This document shows, in pieces, positions 40,591 through 47,042 of a stretch of DNA of 47,042 nucleotides. The translations under genes and the position numbers were made by a program. The first letter of the stretch is position 1. Each line of letters opens with the position of its first letter. Below the pieces are notes generated by a model. It did not search any database. It saw nothing but the letters and a program-made list of their open reading frames with translations, and was not told where the DNA came from. The stretch comes from Chloroflexota bacterium (GTDB lineage Bacteria > Chloroflexota > Limnocylindria > Limnocylindrales > CSP1-4), in contig JAYTWS010000066.1 in NCBI GenBank assembly GCA_043743315.1, positions 1-47,042 on the forward strand, in the 5' to 3' direction.

Positions 40591-42548
40591 TTCGCGACCT
40601 CCGGTTCGCGCGGCGCTCGAGGTCCCGGCACGTGGCCGGCCGGCGTCCGGACGAGGATCCCCCGCCGGTTGAGGTCCTCGATGAGTGGCATCACGTAGCG
40701 GCGGCTCGTGCTCGTCGCGTCGCGCAGGGCGGACGGCGTCAGCGGCTCGCGTCGCGCGATCGAAAGGGCAATCCCCGCGAGCCGGTGGAATGCCGGTGTG
40801 GCCCAGGCCATGTCCGCTTCGACCCGGACGATTCGTCCGGCCGCCTCGAGCGCTCGAACACCCTCGGGAGGGCAGCCTGCAGCCTGTGCCGCCGAGGCCA
40901 GCGTCGGGGGAGCCGCGACGTCGAGCGCGGCCTCGAGGCGATCCATCGCCGAGGCCAGAGCGGCTGGCATCGTTGGTGCACGGTTCGGATCCCGCCATCG
41001 ATCGCGATCCCGCGCGAGCGTGCCTCGCTGAACGAGACCATCCAGGACTCCGTCGATGGCCCGATCCACGCCTGTGGATTCGTCGCGACGGACTGTGACG
41101 AGGCGACGTAGCGTCGCGCGCAGACGCTGACGGAGCGCTGCGGTCGGGACGCCCGGCTCCACCGATTGCAGCGCGTGGAAGTCGCCCACGATCGTGAGGG
41201 CCGCGTTCTCCAGCTCGGTCTCGACATCCGGCGCCAGGACCAGTCCGTGGGGGCCCTGCCGTTCGACCCTTCCGGCCAGCGCCAATGCCGCGGTGACCCG
41301 CTCGATCCGATCGGCGCCGAGCATGCCGTGCAGGCCGACCAGCGCATCTGCGGCGGCATCGGCATCGCCAACGCCAACGGCTGCGGCCAGCGCGGCCATC
41401 CGTTCCGGTGTGGCACGCCGACGAGCGGTCCCGCGGGCGGGGTCCGCATCGAGAATCTCGAACCCGGCCACGACATCGCCCGGCGACGGCCGGCGGGCAA
41501 TGCCCCGGTCGCCGACGAAGGTCGCGATGGGCTCGGCGAGCCGGACGATCGCGGTCACGCGCCCATCCGGCAGGTCCTGGGCGTCACGGCCACGCCGCCC
41601 GAGCACGCCATCGACCTGGGCCGTCCCGAGATGGATCCGGACCCGGGCGTCGTCAAGTGGTGGCCACGCGGGACGCCTGCCCCTTCCCGTGCGGCCATCG
41701 ATGCGCGCCGGTGGTCGCAGTGCGATGAGGGCGCGGGACGTGGCCTCGACTCCGGGGCCCCAGGTCGCCACCACGCCGCGCCGGACGTCGCCGAGTTCCG
41801 CCCCCGCAAGGTTGATCGCCACGCGGCCGGGTGGCGCCGATTCCGTTGGCCCGTGATGGATGTGGGCGCCTCGAATGCGGACCTGCCTGCCGCCCGGTTC
41901 GAGCCGCAGTCCATCGCCGACCCGGAGCTCGCCGCCGCGCAGTGACCCGGTCACGACGAGGCCCCGGCCGCGGACCACGAACGCACGATCCACCGCCAGC
42001 CGGCCGGGCCCACCGACTCCGACGGCCTGCTCCACGGCCACGCGGTCGCGAATGGCCAGGAGTGCGGCGCGCAGGTCATCGAGGCCAGCGCCGGTCACGG
42101 ACGAGACCGCAAGGACCGAGGCGCCGGCGAGGCTCGTTCGGGCCACCAACTGCGCGGTCTCGGCGACGACCTCGGACGCCCGCTCCGGATCGACGACGTC
42201 GGATTTCGTCACGACCACGATGCCGGCGCGCAGTCCGAGCGCGTCGATGAGCTCGAGGTGCTCGATCGTCTGGGCCCGCGGTCCATCGTCGGCTGCGACG
42301 ACCAGCATCACCGCGTCGATTTCGCCCGCCCCGACGAGCATGTTGCCGATCAGCGCGTCGTGTCCTGGCACGTCGACGAAGTCGAGCGACGTTCCATCGC
42401 CAACATCGAGGTGGGCATATCCGATGTCGATCGTCATGCCACGGCGCTGCTCCTCGGGCAGCCGGTCGGCATCGATACCGGTCAGCGCACGGAGGAGCGT
42501 CGTCTTGCCATGATCGATGTGCCCGGCGGTGCCGATGACGACGGTCAT
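40587..42548 (-). CDS. selB: Selenocysteine-specific translation elongation factor SelB
   Basis: The GTPase motifs are GTAGHIDHGKTTL, DVPGH and TKSD. The long C-terminal extension is consistent with mRNA-binding winged-helix domains. It lies immediately downstream of selA. Confidence 0.9.
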   Translation of the reverse strand: MTVVIGTAGHIDHGKTTLLRALTGIDADRLPEEQRRGMTIDIGYAHLDVGDGTSLDFVDVPGHDALIGNMLVGAGEIDAVMLVVAADDGPRAQTIEHLELIDALGLRAGIVVVTKSDVVDPERASEVVAETAQLVARTSLAGASVLAVSSVTGAGLDDLRAALLAIRDRVAVEQAVGVGGPGRLAVDRAFVVRGRGLVVTGSLRGGELRVGDGLRLEPGGRQVRIRGAHIHHGPTESAPPGRVAINLAGAELGDVRRGVVATWGPGVEATSRALIALRPPARIDGRTGRGRRPAWPPLDDARVRIHLGTAQVDGVLGRRGRDAQDLPDGRVTAIVRLAEPIATFVGDRGIARRPSPGDVVAGFEILDADPARGTARRRATPERMAALAAAVGVGDADAAADALVGLHGMLGADRIERVTAALALAGRVERQGPHGLVLAPDVETELENAALTIVGDFHALQSVEPGVPTAALRQRLRATLRRLVTVRRDESTGVDRAIDGVLDGLVQRGTLARDRDRWRDPNRAPTMPAALASAMDRLEAALDVAAPPTLASAAQAAGCPPEGVRALEAAGRIVRVEADMAWATPAFHRLAGIALSIARREPLTPSALRDATSTSRRYVMPLIEDLNRRGILVRTPAGHVPGPRAPREPEVAK

Positions 42549-42554
42549 CGACGA

Positions 42555-43976
42555 TCAGCCGCCGAGGGCGCGGGCGATCGCATTGGCGAGTTCGTGATCC
42601 GTCGCCGGATCGACGGTCCGGAGATCCAGGACGACCCGATCATGCTCGATCCGGGCGATCACGCAGGGGTCCCCGGCGCGGAGGGCCGCGAGGAGGGCCG
42701 CGGCCGTTCGGCCCGCGGCGGGAGCTAGCGTCACGCCGGACGACGGGATCGATTGACCCGGCACCGAACCGCCACCCACCGTTGCCTCGAGGTCCGCAGG
42801 CCCCGCTGCGCGCGCCGGCAGGTGTGAAACGAGGGCCTCAGCGCGCGCCCGAAGCTCGGCCACGGTCATTCCGAGCATCCGCCAGATGGGGATGTCCGCC
42901 TGCGCCCGGCCGCCGCGATACAGCGCGAGGGTCGCCGCGACGCCGGCGAGGATCGTCTTGTCGGGCCGCATCGCCCGAGCGAGCGGATCGCGACGCAGCC
43001 GGGCGACGAGATCGGCTCGGCCCACGATCAAGCCGGCCTGCGGCCCGCCGACAAGCTTGTCGCCAGAGAACGTGACGATGTCGGCACCCGCTGCCAGCCG
43101 CTCGCCCGGCATCGGCTCATGGGCGAGGCCGACTCGCTCGGTCGGGAGCAGGGCGCCGCTCCCGAGATCGTCGATGACGATCGCACCGTGACGATGCGCC
43201 AACTCGGCCAGGTCGGCCGGGTCGGGTGCTTCGACGAACCCGGTCTGGACGAAATTCGAGGGATGGACCCGCAGGACGGCGCGGATCCTGGACTTGGGAT
43301 CGTCGAGAACCGCTTGGAAGTCCGCGACTCGCGTCCGATTCGTCGTACCTACCTCGACGAGGCGGACGCCGGCCCGGTGCAGGATCTCGGGGATTCGCAC
43401 GCCTCCGCCGATCTCGATCAGCTCGCCTCGTGAAACGGCCACGCCACCACCGCGACCTGCCAGGCCCACGGCGAGCGCGATCGCCGCTGCGTTGTTGGTG
43501 ACGACCATCGCGTCCTCGGCGCCGGTGAGTGCGATGAGATGGTCCTCGCCCGCACGATCGCGCCGTCCGCGCCGGCCCGTGGCGCGATCCAGCTCCAGGA
43601 GCGTTGGGCCCTGAGCCGCCAGGCGCGCGGCCTCGATCGCAGCGTCGGGCCACCCAGCGCGGCCAAGATTCGTGTGGACGATGACGCCGGTCGCGTTGAT
43701 CACGTGCGTCTTGGCGTGCATGCCGGCTGCAGCGCCTGGCGGCCCATCGAAGGCCTCGAGCGCGGCCACGAGCTGCGCGCCGAGCGCCTCGGCCGTACGG
43801 ACCGACGCCCCTTGCCGGATCCGGGTTCGCTCGTCATCGATGACGGCCCGCGCCACCACCAGGATGGCATCCGGGTCCCGCATGCCGGCCAGCGGCCGAG
43901 CGGCCACGAGGACTCGCTCGACACTCGGCGGGTTCCGGCGCGGGCTGGAGGCGGTGGCGACGGACTTCGCGGCCAA
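42555..43976 (-). CDS. selA: L-seryl-tRNA(Sec) selenium transferase SelA
   Basis: PSVERVL occupies the position of the N-terminal SelA motif. INATGVIVHTNLGRA and FSGDKLVGGPQAG (PLP-Lys context) are present. I chose the start at TTG 43976, 4 nt after AGGAGG. The tracked ORF start at 44087 lies inside the tRNA gene. Confidence 0.9.
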   Translation of the reverse strand: MAAKSVATASSPRRNPPSVERVLVAARPLAGMRDPDAILVVARAVIDDERTRIRQGASVRTAEALGAQLVAALEAFDGPPGAAAGMHAKTHVINATGVIVHTNLGRAGWPDAAIEAARLAAQGPTLLELDRATGRRGRRDRAGEDHLIALTGAEDAMVVTNNAAAIALAVGLAGRGGGVAVSRGELIEIGGGVRIPEILHRAGVRLVEVGTTNRTRVADFQAVLDDPKSRIRAVLRVHPSNFVQTGFVEAPDPADLAELAHRHGAIVIDDLGSGALLPTERVGLAHEPMPGERLAAGADIVTFSGDKLVGGPQAGLIVGRADLVARLRRDPLARAMRPDKTILAGVAATLALYRGGRAQADIPIWRMLGMTVAELRARAEALVSHLPARAAGPADLEATVGGGSVPGQSIPSSGVTLAPAAGRTAAALLAALRAGDPCVIARIEHDRVVLDLRTVDPATDHELANAIARALGG

Positions 43977-43994
43977 GGGGCCTCCTGTGGATCG

Positions 43995-44091
43995 TGGCGG
44001 GAGCGCGTGGGAGTCGAACCCACCGCGCGACGCCAAGCGCCGCGCCACCGGTTTTGAAGACCGGACCGGGCACCGGCCCGAACCCACTCCC
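43995..44091 (-). tRNA. selC: tRNA-Sec (anticodon UCA)
   Basis: The reverse complement reads GGGAGTGG-GT-TCGGGC-CGGT-GCCCGG-T-CCGGT-CTTCAAA-ACCGG-(24-nt GC-rich extra arm)-GTGGG-TTCGACT-CCCAC-GCGCTCCC-G-CCA, 97 nt in total. The D stem is 6 bp with a 4-nt loop. The UCA anticodon sits in a CU-UCA-AA loop. The variable arm is long and the T arm is 5 bp. The acceptor stem is 8 positions with one G-U pair and one G-G mismatch, and CCA is encoded. selA and selB lie directly downstream. Confidence 0.85.
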
Positions 44092-44096
44092 AGCGC

Positions 44097-44102
44097 ATCG
44101 TA
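44097..44102 (-). promoter_or_regulatory. -10-like hexamer TACGAT, 5 nt upstream of the mature tRNA-Sec 5' end
   Basis: The minus strand reads TACGAT-gcgct-GGGAGTGG. This would start transcription at or next to the first tRNA nucleotide. Confidence 0.4.
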
Positions 44103-44153
44103 GCGGCTCGCGAATTCCCGCTCGGCGGGCTCCGATCGGGGCCGGCCTGTGCG

Positions 44154-46412
44154 TCAGTCGGCAGCGCGCTCGGCCGCGGAGGATGCTCCCGCGAGTGCGG
44201 CGATGAGCGAGAGGGCCGCCGGCGGGCCTGGTACTGCGAATCGGGCGCGGGTCTGGCCTCCGCCGACATGCACGGTCCATGCCTCCGGCGGCAGCCGATC
44301 GAACATGTCCTCGTCGGTCCGATCGTCCCCGAAGGCCAGCTCGAAGTCGGGGGTCTCGCCGATGGACCGAACATGGGACACGACCTCGCCCTTGTTGGCC
44401 CACGCGTAGCGGATCTCGATGACCTTGCTGCCACGCAGGACGGCGAGCTCGGTTCCTGCGAGCTGTTGTTCGAGCGTGACGCCGAGTTCGTTCGCCAGCC
44501 AGGTCCCGAACTCGGGTTCGACGAGCCGGAAATGCCAGGCCAGGGCGTAATCCTTTTCCTCGACCGTGCTCCCTGGTGCACGCGCGGCGAAGTCCTCGAG
44601 GACGGGCCGAACGCGATCCTTCCAATCCGTCGTGGCTCCGAGGCGCAGCGACTGCCACTCTGTGCTGCCCGGCTCGCGGAGGAGCGCCCCGTGTTCCGCA
44701 GCCAGCCAGACGCTCGGGAGATGCCCGAACCAGCGCTCGAGGTCCACTGCCGGGCGTCCCGAGACGATCACCACCGTCGTTCCGCGCTTCTTCGCGAGGG
44801 ATCCGACGATCTCGCTCACCGCTGGCCCCGGCACCGCGTCGGCCGGACGGGACGCGAGGGGGACGAGGGTCCCGTCGTAGTCGAGATAACAGACCCGGCG
44901 CTTCGCCGACCGGAACGCGCGACGGAGTGCCACCAGCTTTGGTTCGCCGACCGGTCCACCGGCGATATCCCGATCGGCTGCCGCCGTCCGAAGCGACGCG
45001 ACGAAGCCCTTTGCCCAGGCGATCGCATTGCTGCGCCGAACGCGGGCCAGCAGCGCATCCTGCCGTTCGTGGCGCTCGTCCTCTGGCATCTTCAGGGCCC
45101 GCTCGAGGGCATCGGCCGAGCCCTGCTCGTCGTATGGGTTCACCCGGATGGCCTCGCCCATCTCACCCGCCGCGCCGGCGAACTCGCTCAGCAGGAGGAC
45201 GCCGGCCCGGTCCTGCTGGCAGGCCACGAATTCCTTGGCGACGAGGTTCATCCCGTCCCGCAGCGAGGCGACCCAGGCGATGTTGGCGGCAGCGTAGAGC
45301 GCGGCCAATTCGGAACGGGTCACGGACCGCCGGAGGTAGATGACCGGGTTCCAGGTGGCCGTGCCGAGCTCGCCGTTAAGCTCGCCGACCAGCTCGCTGA
45401 CCTCGCGCCGAAGCTCAACGTAGCGCGGAATCCGCTCGCGGGATGGGACGGCCACCTGGATCATCGTCACCCGACCGCGCCATTCGGGTCGCGTAACGAG
45501 GAAATGGCGGAACGCGCGAAGTCGCTCCGGAATGCCCTTCGTGTAGTCGAGTCGATCAACCGCGAGGATCAGCTGTCGGCCGGCATGCCGTTCCCGCAGG
45601 TCCGCGACGCGTCTGGCGACCCCACGATCGTCGGTGACCAGGCGCTCCCATTCGTCGGTCACGATCCCGATCGGGTGCGCCTCGAGGGCGACGACCCGCC
45701 CGTCAACTTCGACCCGGTCCATGCGGCTCTCGGTTCCGAGGACCTGGAGGAGCGTCCGCCGGAACGCACCGAGGTGCTCGTGGGTCTGGAAGCCGATGAG
45801 GTCCGAGCCGAGCAGGCCACGGAGGACCTCTTCGCGCTGCGGCAGGATGCGGAAGACCTCCGCCGACGGGAACGGGACGTGCAGGAAGAAGCCGATCCGG
45901 ATGTCGGGCCGAGCGGCTCGGAGCAGCCCCGGGACGAGCATCAGCTGGTAGTCGTGGATCCAGACGAGATCACCGGGCTTCGTGCGCTCGATGACCGCAG
46001 CAGCGAAGCGCTCGTTGGCATCGAGGTAGGCGTGCCAGGTCGCGCGATCGAAGCTGACGAGCGTGGGAAACCCGTGGAGCAGCGGCCAGATCGTGTTGTT
46101 GCTGTAGCCCTCGTAGAAGGCGCGCGTGATCCTGGGAGGAAGGTCGACCGACACGAAGCGGTGCTCCTTCTCCCAGGACCGAAGGAGCGCGTCGCGCCCT
46201 GTCGTGTCGCCTGAGGGGGCGTCGCCGGGCCAGCCGATCCACAGCCCCCGTGCCCGTTCCATGACCGGCGTGAGAGCGGCGACAAGACCGCCGCTGCTCA
46301 GGTCCGCCTGCCACTCGGCTCCGGCACGGCGGGTGGTCAGCGGCAGGCGATTGGAGACGACGAGCAGGCGATCGGACACGGGTTCAGCAACTCGGCTAGG
46401 GTCCCCAGTCAA
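44154..46412 (-). CDS. Bifunctional trehalose-6-phosphate synthase / trehalose-6-phosphate phosphatase (OtsA-OtsB fusion)
   Basis: The N-terminal GT20 domain has LLVVSNRLP, GGLVAAL, WIHDYQLMLVP and LRDGMNLVAKEF. The C-terminal HAD domain has YLDYDGTLVP, IVSGR and GDDRTDEDMF. The start is uncertain (TTG 46412 as tracked, or GTG 33 nt downstream). Confidence 0.85.
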   Translation of the reverse strand: MTGDPSRVAEPVSDRLLVVSNRLPLTTRRAGAEWQADLSSGGLVAALTPVMERARGLWIGWPGDAPSGDTTGRDALLRSWEKEHRFVSVDLPPRITRAFYEGYSNNTIWPLLHGFPTLVSFDRATWHAYLDANERFAAAVIERTKPGDLVWIHDYQLMLVPGLLRAARPDIRIGFFLHVPFPSAEVFRILPQREEVLRGLLGSDLIGFQTHEHLGAFRRTLLQVLGTESRMDRVEVDGRVVALEAHPIGIVTDEWERLVTDDRGVARRVADLRERHAGRQLILAVDRLDYTKGIPERLRAFRHFLVTRPEWRGRVTMIQVAVPSRERIPRYVELRREVSELVGELNGELGTATWNPVIYLRRSVTRSELAALYAAANIAWVASLRDGMNLVAKEFVACQQDRAGVLLLSEFAGAAGEMGEAIRVNPYDEQGSADALERALKMPEDERHERQDALLARVRRSNAIAWAKGFVASLRTAAADRDIAGGPVGEPKLVALRRAFRSAKRRVCYLDYDGTLVPLASRPADAVPGPAVSEIVGSLAKKRGTTVVIVSGRPAVDLERWFGHLPSVWLAAEHGALLREPGSTEWQSLRLGATTDWKDRVRPVLEDFAARAPGSTVEEKDYALAWHFRLVEPEFGTWLANELGVTLEQQLAGTELAVLRGSKVIEIRYAWANKGEVVSHVRSIGETPDFELAFGDDRTDEDMFDRLPPEAWTVHVGGGQTRARFAVPGPPAALSLIAALAGASSAAERAAD

Positions 46413-46509
46413 CCATTGCGGCCTGAGGGCGTCAACGCGACCGGCCCTGCGCGACCCCGCGCGTCGGCCGGTACGAAAGTCGCGGCGAAGGTCGCGGGCG
46501 GGCTCGGCC

Positions 46510-46515
46510 TATCAT
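46510..46515 (+). promoter_or_regulatory. -10-like hexamer TATCAT, 6 nt upstream of the selD ATG (leaderless-type)
   Basis: The sequence is TATCAT-ccggcc-ATG(46522). Confidence 0.45.
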
Positions 46516-46521
46516 CCGGCC

Positions 46522-47042
46522 ATGACCACCGAGAGCGGGGCGCCGGACGGCCCGCGCGCCATGCGCCTGACCGACCTCACCGACTGCGGCGGTTGCGCCG
46601 CCAAACTCGGGGCCGACCTCCTGGCGGACGCGCTGCGTGGGCTCGGTGCCCAGACGGCACCGCCCGAATTGATCGCCGGCCTCGATCCGCCCGATGATGC
46701 CGCGGCGTACCTGGTGTCGCCGGATCTCGCAATCATCGGCACCCTCGATTTCTTCCCACCGCTCGTCGACGACCCACGCCTGTTCGGCGAGATCGCGGCG
46801 GCGAATGCCCTGTCCGATGTGTTCGCGATGGGCGGGCGCGTGCTCTTCGCCCTGTCCATCGCCGCCTTTCCGGAGGACCTTCCCCGGGATACGCTCGCGG
46901 CGATCTTCGAGGGTGCCTCGGACAAGGTTCGGGAAGCCGGCGGAACGCTGGCGGGCGGCCACACGATCAAGGATTCGGAGCCGAAGTACGGGCTAGCGGT
47001 GATCGGTGCGGCACATCCGGACCGCCTCTTCCGAAAGGGTGG
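46522..47042 (+). CDS. selD: Selenide, water dikinase SelD (N-terminal part, runs off the window edge)
   Basis: Not in the ORF track because it has no stop in the window. The hand translation is MTTESGAPDGPRAMRLTDLTDCGGCAAKLGADLL...DDAAAYLVSPDLAIIGTLDFFPP.VDDP..FG.IAAANALSDVFAMGG...AGGHTIKDSEPKYGLAV. It shows a PurM-like fold with the N-terminal Cys-containing glycine-rich loop. The active-site position is Cys (TGC), not Sec. Confidence 0.85.
   Translation, partial: MTTESGAPDGPRAMRLTDLTDCGGCAAKLGADLLADALRGLGAQTAPPELIAGLDPPDDAAAYLVSPDLAIIGTLDFFPPLVDDPRLFGEIAAANALSDVFAMGGRVLFALSIAAFPEDLPRDTLAAIFEGASDKVREAGGTLAGGHTIKDSEPKYGLAVIGAAHPDRLFRKG

Noticed and set aside
43977-44087. N-terminal 37 codons of the tracked selA ORF (start at 44087)
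   Set aside because: This stretch overlaps the tRNA-Sec gene (43995-44091) almost entirely. A TTG with an AGGAGG site at 43976 gives a SelA of normal length (473 aa).
44268-46214. 648-aa plus-strand ORF
   Set aside because: It is antisense to the otsA/otsB fusion, whose own translation carries clear GT20 and HAD motifs.
1-47042. Mobile elements, prophage, integrons or defence islands
   Set aside because: No transposase, integrase, recombinase, reverse transcriptase, restriction or Cas-like translation was seen in any frame. vapBC is the only classic accessory module. I found no integrase or direct repeat next to the tRNA-Sec gene, so there is no sign of an integration there.

Overview
This is a very GC-rich chromosomal window that looks like Actinomycetota. 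I did not compute GC content or run any homology search. All calls come from reading the translations and the DNA. The window holds about 45 protein genes and one RNA gene. I found no transposase, integrase or CRISPR array.

Gene order, left to right:
- An ECF sigma factor with a co-translated membrane protein that may be an anti-sigma factor.
- A vapBC toxin-antitoxin pair.
- A hypothetical protein with two copies of the same module, plus a 51-aa membrane micro-ORF.
- A six-gene, translationally coupled minus-strand operon: psuK, psuG, DUF1295, an ABC ATPase and two ABC-2 permeases.
- A split pentose-phosphate cluster. tkt and rpiB sit on one side, and pgi, gnd, zwf, opcA and pgl on the other. 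No transaldolase is present.
- The two halves are separated by a four-gene catabolic operon (NCS1 permease, NTF2-like protein, ureohydrolase, amidase).
- An alpha/beta hydrolase, a truncated FAD-oxidase remnant, citrate synthase and MFS transporters.
- A DUF2231-Rieske membrane protein and a Pnkp-like polynucleotide kinase whose 3' end appears frameshifted.
- YciI, EamA, and an SbcD/SbcC-like pair in which two transmembrane helices sit at the coiled-coil apex.
- A zinc-ribbon protein, an S51 peptidase, an MBL hydrolase and an amidohydrolase.
- A compact selenocysteine locus: tRNA-Sec (not in the ORF track), selA, selB and mobA, then an otsA/otsB fusion and a partial selD at the right edge.

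The least explained DNA is the 726-bp pgi-gnd spacer (18227-18952). It holds two unrelated GC-rich tandem arrays around a lower-GC core that carries three operator-like palindromes. Short in-frame tandem duplications also occur inside pgi, opcA and the hydrolase.

A TAnnnT hexamer lies exactly 6 nt upstream of many first-gene start codons. This points to widespread leaderless transcription.
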